A program made the position numbers and the translations under genes. DNA of 64,000 nt, taken from NCBI GenBank assembly GCA_029335875.2, contig JARJMZ020000004.1:22649-86648 (forward strand), in the 5' to 3' direction. The number at the start of each line of letters is the position of its first letter. The stretch's first letter is position 1. The notes under the pieces are model-generated. The model worked only from the letters and a program-made list of their open reading frames with translations. It did no database searches and was not told where the DNA came from. The DNA comes from Thermoprotei archaeon (lineage in GTDB: Archaea > Thermoproteota > Thermoprotei_A > Sulfolobales > Acidilobaceae). Below, piece by piece: positions 28,945 to 39,908 of this stretch.

Positions 28945-29637
28945 GTGTTGGCTGGTGGTAGGGTTATTGTGGCTTTAGATCCCGGGGTTGGGGAGCCTTT
29001 AAGCTATTGGCTTAACATTGTTTCCAGGCTTTGTGGTGGGGTTGCCGGGTTTAAGTTTGGGCTTCCTTTTCTTTTGAGTTATGGTGTTGATGGTGTTAGG
29101 GTTTCTAGGGGTCTTTGTGGTGACATGTTTATAGTTGATTTGAAGCTTGCCGATGTCGGTGATTTCATGGTTTCAACTGTTTCGAGGTTTATTGATTATG
29201 TTGACGGGGTTATAGCTCATGGTTTTATTGGTTTTGAGGGGGCTCTTAGGGAGTTGAAGGATTATCTTGACAGTGTTGGGGTTAAGCTTGCTATTGTAGT
29301 CTCTATGAGCCATGCTGGTAGTCTTGATGTTTTGGATGTGAACATTGATAGGCTGCTTTGGGTTGCTGATAGGGTTAGACCTTGGGGTTTGGTGGCTCCA
29401 GCTACTAGGCCTCACATTATAGGCTATGTTAGGTCTAGGGCTCCTTGGGCTAAGATATTGGCTCCTGGGGTTGGGGTTCAGGGCGTCAGGCCTGGGGATG
29501 CTCTTAGGGCTGGGGCTGACTACGAGATTATAGGTAGGGCTATAACTAGGGCTCCAGACCCCCTGAAAGCTTTACAAACTATAAATCTCGAGCACGAGAA
29601 AATTCTAGGGGGCATGGGGGTTGAACGAGTGCATTGA
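28945..29637 (+). CDS. pyrF: orotidine 5'-phosphate decarboxylase
   Basis: Motifs VIVALD, FKFG, DLKLADVG and IIGRAI. The track ORF begins at 28894, but GTG 28945 gives a canonical N-terminus. Confidence 0.85.
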   Translation: MLAGGRVIVALDPGVGEPLSYWLNIVSRLCGGVAGFKFGLPFLLSYGVDGVRVSRGLCGDMFIVDLKLADVGDFMVSTVSRFIDYVDGVIAHGFIGFEGALRELKDYLDSVGVKLAIVVSMSHAGSLDVLDVNIDRLLWVADRVRPWGLVAPATRPHIIGYVRSRAPWAKILAPGVGVQGVRPGDALRAGADYEIIGRAITRAPDPLKALQTINLEHEKILGGMGVERVH

Positions 29638-30166
29638 GCTAGCCAGGATAGTTGAATCGCGCCAGGCGCTACTCTTCGGAGAGTTCACCCTATCCTCGGG
29701 GCTTAAAAGCAACTACTACCTCGACATGAGGAGGCTCCTCGGAGACTATAAGGCTTATAGGGGGGCTCTCGAGCTCCTAGCCTCAAAGGCTGAGAGCGCC
29801 TTCAAAGATTTCGATACCGTAGTGGGGGTGGCTACAGGAGGCATACCCTGGGCTGCAGGGCTAGCCCTCATTATGGGTAAGAGCCTGGCATATGTAAGGC
29901 TGGAGAGGAAGGGCCATGGAACCCTCGGGGTTGTTGAGGGGGCCCCACCCTACGGCAAGTGCATAGTTGTTGATGACGTGGCCACCACTGGGGCTTCCCT
30001 AGAGTCTGCTGTTGAAGTTTTAAGGAGACACTGTGAAGTGGTGGGGGTTCTAGTGATAGTTGACAGGCTCCAAGGAGCTGAGGAGAGGATGAGGAAGGCT
30101 AACGTTAGGATGGAGAGCGTGGCTACTGTGGAGGAGCTTTTCGAGTGTATAAAGTCTCTAGAATAA
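29621..30166 (+). CDS. pyrE: orotate phosphoribosyltransferase
   Basis: FGEFTLSSGLKSNYYLD and the PRPP loop VVDDVATTGASL. Confidence 0.9.
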   Translation: MNECIELARIVESRQALLFGEFTLSSGLKSNYYLDMRRLLGDYKAYRGALELLASKAESAFKDFDTVVGVATGGIPWAAGLALIMGKSLAYVRLERKGHGTLGVVEGAPPYGKCIVVDDVATTGASLESAVEVLRRHCEVVGVLVIVDRLQGAEERMRKANVRMESVATVEELFECIKSLE

Positions 30167-30192
30167 ATACTGTATTCCCGGGTGTTCCGTGT

Positions 30193-30609
30193 TTAGAAGG
30201 GCTTCACCGACTGCTCTGCTCCGCACGCCTCGCACACGAGGGTCAAAGCTTTACCCCTCTTCTCCAGCCTAGTATCTATGCTGTTACATGTTGGACACCT
30301 TACATAGGACTTTTCAAACCTCTGTAGGAACTCCTCCAGGGTCTTCCTGGATATTTTGGCTGTCAACGTCAAATGGCCTGTACCCTCGTCGTAGGAGCCT
30401 CCAGTGGCCAGCTCCTTCAAGAGGTATCTTGCCACAAGCCCGGGGTCTCTTTTAAGTTTCTCGGCTATGTCCCTGAAATTCCTCACTATAACATGCTCCC
30501 CTATCCTGATCAGCTCAAGCTCCGGGAGCCTGAACTCTCCACTCTCACTCCTCGGAGGTATCTTGGAATAGAGCCTCTCCAGGAGCCTCATATAGTCTGT
30601 TTTGCTCAA
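30193..30609 (-). CDS. eif2b: translation initiation factor aIF2 beta subunit
   Basis: YMRLLERLYSKIP, a central alpha/beta domain and the C-terminal zinc ribbon CPTCNS...CEACG. Confidence 0.9.
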   Translation of the reverse strand: MSKTDYMRLLERLYSKIPPRSESGEFRLPELELIRIGEHVIVRNFRDIAEKLKRDPGLVARYLLKELATGGSYDEGTGHLTLTAKISRKTLEEFLQRFEKSYVRCPTCNSIDTRLEKRGKALTLVCEACGAEQSVKPF

Positions 30610-30697
30610 AGCAGGCCCCCTGAATAATTTAGCGGGGAACCTTTAATATATAATTAAATTTAAGCTCTAACTCCTCGATGTAGGAGGGTGTCTAAGG

Positions 30698-31648
30698 TTG
30701 GAGTACACTAACCTGGGCGGGACTGAAGTCAAGGTATCCAGGGTCGGCTTGGGGGCTTGGCAGTTTAGCGACGTGTGGGGGGTTAAAGACTATGATGTGG
30801 CTAAGTCTATAATAGCTAAAGCTCTAGAGTCAGGGGTCAACTTCATAGACACTGCCGTGGTTTACGGTAGGGGTCTAAGCGAGCAGTTCATAGGCAAAGC
30901 TCTCAGGGAGCTTAATGTTAGGAGGGATGACGTGGTAATAGCTACTAAGATACCTGGAGAATTCCTGAGCCCCCACGATGTGTTTAAGGCTGTGGAGAGG
31001 AGTCTGAGCAGGCTTCAGACGAGCTATATAGACATGCTCCTAGTACACTGGCCCCCATGCTGGCATCATATCCCAACATGTGTTTACATGAGGGCTTTAG
31101 AGAGGCTGGTAAACCTCGGCAAGGTGAATTATCTGGGGCTGAGCGACTACCCTGTGGAGCTTGTGGACGCAGCTAGGATGTGCCTATCTAGAGTGGACAT
31201 TGAAGCCCTCCAAGTCAGATTCAACCTGGCGGAGAGGTGGGCTGAGGAGGAGCACATACCTTATGCTGAGGAGAACGAGATGACCGTAATGGCGTGGAGC
31301 CCCCTAGCTAAAGGAGCTATAACCGGGAAATACAGCCTAGAAGAAGTTCAGAAACTTCAGGACTTAAGGGTTAACGAGCCCCTATTCCAACCAAGCAACT
31401 ACCCTCAAGTACTCGAGCTAGCAAGCATTGTTAAAAGTATAGCCTCGAAATACGGGAAAACCCCAGCCCAAGTAGCTTTAAACTGGCTAATATCATACAG
31501 CGACGTAATAGTCCCCATACCCGGGGCTAGAAACCCCCAACAGGTTGAGGAAAACGCCGGCTCAGTAGGGTGGAGGCTAACATACGAAGATTGGAGGGCG
31601 CTAGACGAGGCTAGCAGAAAACTTAGAATAACATATGCGACATTCTAA
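30698..31648 (+). CDS. aldo/keto reductase
   Basis: GLGAWQF, FIDTAVVYG, LLVHWP and the IPGARNPQQVEEN C-terminal motif. Confidence 0.85.
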   Translation: MEYTNLGGTEVKVSRVGLGAWQFSDVWGVKDYDVAKSIIAKALESGVNFIDTAVVYGRGLSEQFIGKALRELNVRRDDVVIATKIPGEFLSPHDVFKAVERSLSRLQTSYIDMLLVHWPPCWHHIPTCVYMRALERLVNLGKVNYLGLSDYPVELVDAARMCLSRVDIEALQVRFNLAERWAEEEHIPYAEENEMTVMAWSPLAKGAITGKYSLEEVQKLQDLRVNEPLFQPSNYPQVLELASIVKSIASKYGKTPAQVALNWLISYSDVIVPIPGARNPQQVEENAGSVGWRLTYEDWRALDEASRKLRITYATF

Positions 31649-31652
31649 CAGG

Positions 31653-31936
31653 AGAATGTTTTCCCGAGTAGAATTTTTAGGGTTTCCCCCTGGTTAACAT
31701 GGTTACTTAGAGGTATTTAAGAACATCGTGGTGTTTGTGGACTATGAGAGCTTAGAGTTGAGTTTTTAAGACTTCTCCGTTATGTGAGCCCGCTCCTATG
31801 ATTGGCCGTCGGAGGAGAGCGCAGGGAGGCCCCAGTAATGCCCGCCAATGGAGCCCCCAACGGGCCGAGGGGAAGCCGGGCCCAATACCATTAGAAAGAA
31901 CCAAAAACACTCATAACATTGGATTCCGGCGACCAC
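31653..31936 (+). repeat. interspersed element copy C (about 284 bp), left arm of an inverted pair
   Basis: Starts 5 nt after the AKR stop codon. By manual comparison, 31819-31934 is identical to the reverse complement of 34718-34833. Confidence 0.9.
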
Positions 31937-31967
31937 ACAGATAATTACCATGTTAGGCGTGCGGCTG

Positions 31968-33138
31968 TTAAGCTTTATCGGGCTGTGCTCTCATTTTCCT
32001 GTCGTTTGGTAGTAGTAGGGAGAAGAGGAATGCTAAAGCGGTCGCTGCTGCCAGGAAGATGAAGTAGTGTTTCACGCTTCCTATAAACTGGGGGGCCAGG
32101 AATAGGAGGATGACGGAGATTATCCTGCTGATGAAGCCCACGAAGCCGGTAGCGCTTCCCTGGATTTCTTTCCTATGAAATCTACCAATCCAATCCATTA
32201 TCAGCGGGTAACCCGGCATCATTAGAAGTCCTGAAGCCGCTAGGAGAATGTAAAGCGCGTAAACCTCATGGTAGCTGGAGAGGGTTAAGAAGGATATGGT
32301 TATTAGGGGGATCACGGTTCTAAGGTATATAGTCCTGGTTTCTAGCTTTGAGACTATGCTTGGAATAAGAGATATGCCTATTAGCCCGGACGCTATAGTG
32401 AGCGCTACGGCTTGACCGGCGTATCTTCCCAGACCAACTGTTTCAAGTACGGGCTGAAGCCATGTTGCCATGTTATCGAAAACAGCAATTCCAAGGCCTA
32501 GGATGAGCCCGAGCATCCATAAATCTCTTTTCCCAACGACCTCCCTCACTCTGAAACTGTAACTTGACGTGGAATATTCCTGTTTAACGAGGAGGATCCC
32601 CGAGAGGAAGAATGTGATCCCAACGAGAGAGGGCTGCACCGGGGATTATCAGCATTGCCGCCCCCCCGACAGTATATAGATAGTATCCAGCCGCTAGCGC
32701 GGATATTATTCCTAGGTACATTGAAAGGCTCAACACGGAGATCATTAGAGCCCTCCTCTCCTCGTATAATCTTGAGGCGAACGGGACGAAGCCGTTGAGG
32801 AGGAACGGTTGACCTATAGCCGCTAAAAGCTGACAGAGGAAAAGCCATGGATAGGAGTGGGGCATTAAGAGCCTTAATGACCCGCCAAGGAACGTCATGA
32901 AAGCGCCGAAAGTTAGCCAGAAGCGGAAGTTCCTGTCTAAAAGTATTCCTGAGGGAATAGTGAGGATCAAGAAGAAGAGGGGGTAGAGGACTGCCAGGTA
33001 ACCTACTAATACTGGTTGCACGCCCAAGTCTTCAGCTATACTGGTTAAAACAGGAGAGAAGGTGACCCACACATATTGCGATGTGAAGGTTATTATTATG
33101 AACCCTACTGCTAGCAGAATTTTCACTTTAATCACCAT
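31968..33138 (-). pseudogene. MFS transporter split by a frameshift
   Basis: ORF 32584..33138 encodes the N-terminal six-helix half. ORF 31968..32639 encodes the C-terminal half in another frame. They overlap around 32584-32639. Confidence 0.7.
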
Positions 33139-34506
33139 ACAGCTTTATCACAATATCCTTTACAAACTCCTCAACTGTTTTCGGGTCGAACATGTCGACA
33201 AGCAGGGGTGCGATGCTCGAATCTATCCTTCCACTCGTTAAATCTTCCAGGATACTCTCAACCGGTAGTATTTCAGCTAAGCTTCTCTTAACCCTGCTCT
33301 TCTCCGCAACCTTCCCCGCGTCTGCAACGAACTCCCCGGCCGTTTCCCTGTGGATGGGTGAGAGAGTTAAATGTATGTTCATAGGTATTGAATACTTTTC
33401 CACCTCCCTCTGGAGGTGAAAGTGCCACCCCATCCCCCTCATAGCCAGCGTGAAAGACAATAGGTCAACATCGGAGTTGAAAAGACTTAAAATAGGTGAT
33501 TCAACTGGGGCTACACTCTTAAAACCCAGAGGCTTCAAACCCTTAAGTATAGCCTCCCTCGCCTCTAGCACGCTCTTAGATAACCTCAGGTAGCCTTCTT
33601 CGCCTAAAAACTTTACTACGGCGAACGCGGAAGCCAAAGGACCTACGGAACGTGAAGAGAGGACGGCAGGGTTGACGAAGACGTACCCGGGGTTTTGGAC
33701 GTCAACAAACATTGATTCCTTCTTCAACTCCGCCGACCGGAATAAAACTGTGGAGGCACCTTTTGGAGTATAACCGTATTTATGGAGGTCCGCGGAGATA
33801 GATGTAACCCCATCTACTCGGAAATCGAAAAGCTCCACCCTTTCGCCTAGCTTCTCGAAAAACGGTAGGATGAAGCCTCCGAGGCAGGCGTCAACGTGAA
33901 GGGGTGTCCCCTCATCTACTGCTACATCAGCGATCTCCCTAACCGGGTCTATAGTGCCAAAAGGCCAGTTAGGGGCTGAGACCGCTATTAACGCTGTTTT
34001 ATCGCTTACCGACTCTTTAAGGCTCTCAACGTCGGCTTTTAGTTTCTCGTCTATATCGAAGTGTCTGATTTTCATTCCAAGGTAATGAGCTGCTTTCGCG
34101 AAGGAAGGGTGAATGGTGAAAGGCGCTAGAACCTCGGGAACCACATTCTTGCCCCTCTGCTTCCAGAAATAGTTCCTGGCAGATAGAACTGCAAGCATTA
34201 TGCTTTCAGTCCCTCCATAAGTGAAGGTCCCGTAGGTGTTCTCCCCATGGAGCAGCTTCTTCGTGAAATTTAAAACCTCTTTTTCGAAGAAGATAGCACT
34301 CCTATAAACAGTAAAGTCAAGCATGTTTTTATTGTAAAATTTCAGCAAAGCTTTCATCGCGACGTTTTTTAACTTTCTCATCCCCCGTTTCATAAATATA
34401 CGCGAAAAACTTCCCGGAAACGAGCACGTCCAGTTTTTCAGCCTCACTTAAAAGCTTGTCGATTTCAAGCTCTTTGTTTTTCAGATTCGCCTGATAAGGA
34501 GGTCAA
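33128..34506 (-). pseudogene. PLP-dependent group II decarboxylase with a frameshifted N-terminus
   Basis: The body has the PLP lysine motif SISADLHKYGY. The conserved N-terminal segment (NLKNKELEIDKLLSEAEKLDVLVSGKFFAYIYETGDEKVKK) lies in a different frame from the 33128..34447 ORF. A TTG at 34506 preceded by GGGAGGT lies in a third frame. Both apparent shifts are at A-runs. Confidence 0.6.
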
Positions 34507-34715
34507 CTTTTTCTTTTACCTCCCAAATTTCAAGATCCTAAAACTTATATAATTGTAGCCTTGAGAAGCGTTCTAACAGTTTCAATAGCATACTAGAGCG
34601 TGATAAGAGAGAGGAAAGCAGGCTAAAATGAGCACTTCACATGTGGATTAAACTGCAAGCCTCCTATTAGCTATCAGAATGTCACATACGTTATTTTAAG
34701 CCTCCTACTAGCCTC

Positions 34716-34989
34716 GCGGTCGCCGGAATCCAATGTTATGAGTGTTTTTGGTTCTTTCTAATGGTATTGGGCCCGGCTTCCCCTCGGCCCGTTGGGGGCT
34801 CCATTGGCGGGCATTACTGGGGCCTCCCTGCGCCCGCCTCCGATGGCCAATCATGGGGGTGGGCTCGTATAGCGGGGGAGCCTTAAAATATCTCTAAGTC
34901 TTCATAGTTCACATTATTATGTCTTTAAATGCCTCTAAGTAGCCATGTTAGCAGGGAAACACCAGAGATTTTACTCTAGAAAACATTCT
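34716..34989 (-). repeat. interspersed element copy D (about 274 bp), right arm of the inverted pair
   Basis: The reverse complement aligns end to end with C. The 3' 116 nt are identical to C. Confidence 0.9.
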
Positions 34990-35243
34990 AACGCGGTAAG
35001 GTGTGTTTCCACGTTTCTCCATGAATAGCGGGAAATCGCCTGTAGCGTGTTTTTAAGCTCTCTGCTTGCCAGTAATCTGGGTTGAAGTTAGAAATGTGCT
35101 ATTATGGTTTTTAAAGATGAAGAGTTAAATTAAATGTGTAACATTATTTTAAATATTTAGGTATCGTTTATATTTAAATGGCGCTTTATAATAAAAATAT
35201 TACCCTAGCCTGAAATTCATTATATTGAAGGAGGTGCTCGGGC

Positions 35244-36173
35244 TTGATATCTATAATTGGAGTTGGGAGGGTTGGGACTGCCACCGCTCTTATAGCTCTT
35301 CTTAGGGGCTTGGATAATAAGATAGTTCTCGTTGATATTGTGCCGGGGCTTGCTCAAGGGGAGGCTCTAGACCTCGGTCATGCAGCTTCAATCCTCGGCA
35401 TTGATGTTGATATTGTTGGTACTGAGGATTTCAGCGCCATAAAGGGGAGTGACATAGTTCTAGTTACCGCCGGTAAGCCTAGGAAGCCTGGGATGACTAG
35501 GGAGCAGCTTCTAGCAGATAATGCTGCTATAACCGCTGACATAGCTTCTAAGATTAAACAGTACGCCCCAGACTCCACGGTTATAATGACGACTAACCCT
35601 CTAGACGCCATGGTCTACGTCATGTATAAGAAGCTCGGGTTCCCGAGGGAGAGGGTTATAGGGTTTAGCGGTGTCCTAGATTCCGCCAGGCTCGCATACT
35701 ACGCTTCTAAGAAGCTTAAAGTGAGCCCCTCCTCGATAAACCCGGTAGTCATAGGTATGCATGGGGAGGCCATGTTCCCCGTGCCTAGGCTATCAACAGT
35801 AGCCGGGGTCCCGCTAACACAGCTAATGTCCAAGAGCAGTGTAGAGGAAGTGGTTAAAGAAACAGTACAAGCTGGAGCCGTAATAACAAAACTCAGGGGC
35901 TACAGCAGCAACTACGCCCCAGGGGCAGGCATGGTCCTCATGGCTGAGGCTGTCAAGAGAGACTCTAAGAAAACTTTCATAGCAAGCATATACCTAGACG
36001 GGGAATACGGGCTCAGAGACGTCGTAGCAGAGATCCCCGTAGTCATCGGAAGAGGGGGCGTAGAGAAAGTAATAGAACTCCCGCTAGACGAGGAGGAGAG
36101 ACTGGGATTCCTAAAGAGCGTTGAAGCCGTAAAAGCCCTCATAGACGCGCTGCCAGAAGAATATAAGAAGTAA
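35244..36173 (+). CDS. mdh: malate dehydrogenase (LDH-like family)
   Basis: Rossmann motif ISIIGVGRVGTA, GKPRKPGMTREQL (substrate Arg), TNPLD and IGMHGE. Confidence 0.88.
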   Translation: MISIIGVGRVGTATALIALLRGLDNKIVLVDIVPGLAQGEALDLGHAASILGIDVDIVGTEDFSAIKGSDIVLVTAGKPRKPGMTREQLLADNAAITADIASKIKQYAPDSTVIMTTNPLDAMVYVMYKKLGFPRERVIGFSGVLDSARLAYYASKKLKVSPSSINPVVIGMHGEAMFPVPRLSTVAGVPLTQLMSKSSVEEVVKETVQAGAVITKLRGYSSNYAPGAGMVLMAEAVKRDSKKTFIASIYLDGEYGLRDVVAEIPVVIGRGGVEKVIELPLDEEERLGFLKSVEAVKALIDALPEEYKK

Positions 36174-36368
36174 CAAGCACACGCTCGGAGACCCTCCATA
36201 AACCCAAGTTTCTCCTTTTTAACACAACTTTTTAACTCAAACTCTCCTTTGGCTGAGAGATTTCTCTCGATGTTACTTTACTTCTCTTGGAGAGCTCGGC
36301 CCCTCTAATACTACGGGTTATAGTGTGGTTCTTTCCCGTTTCCCGAGTAGTATGTTGGTATGTTTTGT

Positions 36369-37322
36369 TCACTTAGGGGGGTTTTGAAGCTGTGAGGCGA
36401 CTATGAGGGTCCACGGCTCGCTGGGTAGGGGCCACATTACTAGGACCTCTACTGATAGGGGTTCTCGCGAGACTATTCTGGGGGTTTCTATTCTGCCTAG
36501 TAGTATGTCGATGAGGCTGACTTCCTTCCTAATAGTTCTTGCTGGGGCGTCTTCCGGTAGTCGTGCGAGTTCTCTGGCTCTTTTTATGGCGTCTTCTAAG
36601 GTGCCTACAGTGTCTATTAGGCCTAGTTCTTTAGCTTTCCCTCCCGGGTATACGGAGGCTCTAAGTATTTCGTTCCAGTCTCTGATCTTTTCCCCTCTAT
36701 GTTCTCTAACTTTAGAGGCGAAAACACCGGCAACCTCGTTTATGAAGCTCTGGATCACACTTAGATCATCTTCTGTAAGGTTCCTGTAGGGGCTCCCCAC
36801 ATCCTTTAGGTCCCCGCTCTTAACTATGGTAACGTTTATGCCGAGCTTCTCATAGAGCCCCCTTAGGTTTACTAGAACGGCAACAGCCCCAACAGAGCCT
36901 ACGAGGGCTGTAGGATGGGCTATAATCTCTTTTGCAGGTAGGGTCACAAGGTATCCTCCCGAAGTCCCGTATCCCGTTATGTAAGCCACTAAAACCCTAT
37001 CCCTAGCCAGCTCTTTAACGATCTCGTAAACCTCGAAAGCAGCAGCAGTACCGCCGGGACTGTTAACAACTAAAACCACAGCCCTGGCCGCCGGGTCACC
37101 CCTAACAATGTCCACCAGCTCCTTAAAATCCCTAGGAGTTAAAGCACCGCCTAGAAGGGGCTTCTCGTAATCAATGACACCTTGAAGCTCCAAAACAGCA
37201 ACATATGGAACCCCGGGCGCCGGAGCAGTCCAAATAAGGGCAGCCCCTATAGAGGCTAACAGTATCAGCGATGAGAGGGCTAAAGCAAAAACCACAACTA
37301 AAACAACCCTACGCCTAGGCAT
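36369..37322 (-). CDS. sppA: signal peptide peptidase SppA (S49 family, 36K type)
   Basis: N-terminal anchor, VVLVVNSPGGTAAA and the GTSGGY serine motif region. Confidence 0.82.
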   Translation of the reverse strand: MPRRRVVLVVVFALALSSLILLASIGAALIWTAPAPGVPYVAVLELQGVIDYEKPLLGGALTPRDFKELVDIVRGDPAARAVVLVVNSPGGTAAAFEVYEIVKELARDRVLVAYITGYGTSGGYLVTLPAKEIIAHPTALVGSVGAVAVLVNLRGLYEKLGINVTIVKSGDLKDVGSPYRNLTEDDLSVIQSFINEVAGVFASKVREHRGEKIRDWNEILRASVYPGGKAKELGLIDTVGTLEDAIKRARELARLPEDAPARTIRKEVSLIDILLGRIETPRIVSREPLSVEVLVMWPLPSEPWTLIVASQLQNPPK

Positions 37323-37649
37323 GACAGTCCTAACCCTTAAGTAAATGTTGAAGCTCGGACTTTATATCGCCTAATTATTTGTATACACCCTCACGCCCAG
37401 CAGCTCTAAACATTTTAAGCAGGCGTAAATCACCACTGCTTACCGCAGCCTGCGAGCGTCAGCGAAGGGACCCCTAAACCCGAAGGCTCCAGAACAGTAT
37501 CCCCTTAGATAATACCTTCAGGCTCAACGCTCACCTTTCAGCCTGGATTCTCCCCGTTAAACCTCCTAGCACTCGATAAGTAGACCCGCCATTAACGTTT
37601 AAAGCCTTAAAAAGAGCCTGTATAACCTAGTGGATATACGGGGTCGCGT

Positions 37650-37727
37650 GGCCCGGGTAGCTCAGCCGGATAGAGCGCCGGGCTGTGGACCCGGAGGTCC
37701 CGGGTTCAAATCCCGGCCCGGGCCCCA
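37650..37727 (+). tRNA. tRNA-His (GTG) with encoded G-1 and CCA
   Basis: Folded by hand. Acceptor is G-1 + GCCCGGG/CCCGGGC with discriminator C. D stem is GCTC/GAGC. Anticodon stem is CCGGG/CCCGG with loop CTGTGGA. T arm is CCGGG-TTCAAAT-CCCGG. CCA is encoded. Confidence 0.92.
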
Positions 37728-37814
37728 CGCTTCTGCACGTTTACTTTCCTGTTTCCACTTCTCATTCTCTATATTTAACTTTCAGCCCCACTTTATCGGC
37801 TTGGTGGTTTTAGC

Positions 37815-38678
37815 TTGGTTGATGTTAGGGTTGTTGATGCGACTCCGCAGGCTTTCGGTTTCAGCTCTGTATATCTAGTTGGCGGCTCCAAGGGTTACGC
37901 TATGATAGATGCCGGGCCTTCCAACGGCTCTAGCAAGGTTCTCGATTATGTTAGAAGTGCTGGTTTGAGGGTTTGCTGCATAATCTTGACTCACATACAC
38001 GTAGACCATGGCGGGGCAGCAGGGGTTTTCTCGAGAGAGCTTGGCGCCCCGGTCTACGTGCACCCTAGGGGTGCTAGGCACGTTGTAGACCCCAGCGTGC
38101 TCTGGGAGCAGTCTAGGCAAGCCCTGGGGCCTGTGGCTGACTACTATGGCAGGCCCGTTCCAGTCGAGGAGTCTATGGTTAGAGTTGCGGGGGACGGTGA
38201 CACTATAGATTTGGGAGGGGCTACTTTAAAAATAATATACACTCCAGGGCACGCCAGCCACCACATGAGTGTCTTCTTAGTAGAAGAGGGTATAATGTTC
38301 ACGGGAGACTCGGGGGGCGTGGTGATAGAGGGGGAGGTTAAAGCCCCAACAACACCTTACCCCTTTAAGCCAAAACCATACCTGGAGAGCATAGATAGAA
38401 TGCTGAGAGAGAACGTGAGGAAAGCAGCCCTAGCACACTACGGGCTAGCAGACGAGGGGGCACAATACCTCAGATGGCACGCTGAAGAAGTCAGAAACTG
38501 GCTTGACGAAATAGTGAAACTAGTATCACTAGGGGTAAGCGACCCGCTTAAAATAGCGGAGGAGCTAACATACAGGAATAGGAACGCGAAGACCGCAGCA
38601 AACTCTAGAATATCACACCTATACTATAACAGTGTAATGGGAATGGCTAGAGCGGTGTTGGAAGGCGAGTGGCCATAA
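37815..38678 (+). CDS. MBL-fold metallo-hydrolase
   Basis: The THIHVDHGG metal motif is present, with downstream His/Asp ligands (PGHASHH, GDSGG). Confidence 0.8.
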   Translation: MVDVRVVDATPQAFGFSSVYLVGGSKGYAMIDAGPSNGSSKVLDYVRSAGLRVCCIILTHIHVDHGGAAGVFSRELGAPVYVHPRGARHVVDPSVLWEQSRQALGPVADYYGRPVPVEESMVRVAGDGDTIDLGGATLKIIYTPGHASHHMSVFLVEEGIMFTGDSGGVVIEGEVKAPTTPYPFKPKPYLESIDRMLRENVRKAALAHYGLADEGAQYLRWHAEEVRNWLDEIVKLVSLGVSDPLKIAEELTYRNRNAKTAANSRISHLYYNSVMGMARAVLEGEWP

Positions 38679-38739
38679 GCGTCTTTAAACATGCTCCAGC
38701 CAGCGGGTCCTAACATGCAAAGCCTTTCCAGCGTTTAGC

Positions 38740-38964
38740 CTACAATGTCCTCCAGAGTTTTCCACCGCTCCTTAGGGCGTCCTGGTTTCTAACCCATTTC
38801 ATCATGAAACGTTTATAACATTCGTTGCTACAGAAGACCCATGGTGTGCTGTTGACGCAGCAAGTCTTAACTATTACAGGCTGCCCTCTTAGAATCCTCC
38901 CGCACCCGGTGCACCTTATAGCTATCACGTTATCTGCTTTCAGCTGGAACGGCAACTTTCTCAC
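38740..38964 (-). CDS. small TRASH / FCS-type zinc-finger protein
   Basis: CTGCGR...[10 protein letters not shown] matches the FCS/TRASH pattern. 74 aa. Confidence 0.5.
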   Translation of the reverse strand: MRKLPFQLKADNVIAIRCTGCGRILRGQPVIVKTCCVNSTPWVFCSNECYKRFMMKWVRNQDALRSGGKLWRTL

Positions 38965-39730
38965 CCTTCAGGTCTTCAACTATGATTTCAGCCACCCTCT
39001 TACCGCTCATTAGCATGCCGCCGAATATGGGGCCCATTCTAGGTAGCCCGTAAACAGCGCATGCAGCTATACCTGTAACATAGAGGCCCGGGGCTACCCT
39101 CCCAGCATGCTTCACTACAAGCTTCTCAGACTCTTCCGAGTACGCTGACTTCTCCCCGGCTAAGGTTATACCTAGCTCAGGTATTTTCCTCGCAGCCACA
39201 GATATGACTTCAGCATCGTGCCCTGTGGCGTCCACTACGGCCTTAGCCTCAGTGTACAGGGGGTCGACGTGCATGCCACTCATCTGGATCGGAGTCCAGA
39301 TCCAGAGGATCCCCGCCACTCTTAAGGGGTCGACCCTATATATAACGTCGTCGACGTGAACGCCCAGAAATATCCTAGCCCCGGCGTCTATAGCCTTAGA
39401 CGCTAGCTTAGCTATCAAAACGGCCGGGTCAACAGTGTAAACCCCATACTCTGAAGGTTCATACTTAACGCCGAACTCTTCGAGAATAGGCAAAGCCTCA
39501 TCTTGAAAAGCTATCCTAGGAAGCATGTTACCGCCGGGCCCTATACCTCCCCCGAAAGAGAACCTGCGCTCAAAAACTACAACCTTCAAGCCCCGCATAG
39601 CTAAATAATAGGAGGCGGTTAGCCCGGAAGGCCCGGCACCAACTATAGCAACGTCGACCTCAGATATTTCATCTAAATCTCTCAAAGCACTCTTAATAAT
39701 AGCCCTTCCAATACTGCTTTCTCTAGGCAA
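38930..39730 (-). CDS. thi4: thiazole synthase Thi4 family protein
   Basis: FAD-binding [18 protein letters not shown] and overall Thi4 / ribose-1,5-bisphosphate-isomerase-like pattern. 266 aa. Confidence 0.88.
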   Translation of the reverse strand: MPRESSIGRAIIKSALRDLDEISEVDVAIVGAGPSGLTASYYLAMRGLKVVVFERRFSFGGGIGPGGNMLPRIAFQDEALPILEEFGVKYEPSEYGVYTVDPAVLIAKLASKAIDAGARIFLGVHVDDVIYRVDPLRVAGILWIWTPIQMSGMHVDPLYTEAKAVVDATGHDAEVISVAARKIPELGITLAGEKSAYSEESEKLVVKHAGRVAPGLYVTGIAACAVYGLPRMGPIFGGMLMSGKRVAEIIVEDLKGEKVAVPAESR

Positions 39731-39908
39731 TTAAAACCACCAGACTATAAACCATAATTCCATAGTATTTAATTCTATAGTAAACCTGGTTATTAAATTA
39801 AACCGAAACGCTAGCGTCAGCTTCACTGTTTCACGCCACGTAAGCCTCAAGAATTAGACGCACATCTGAGGCCTCTCTTAGCTATGAGTTTATAAGCGTG
39901 GGTATGAG

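Noticed and set aside
37630-37878. 82-aa track ORF.
   Set aside because: It overlaps tRNA-His (37650-37727) on the same strand and has Pro/Gly/Arg-rich composition derived from the tRNA sequence.
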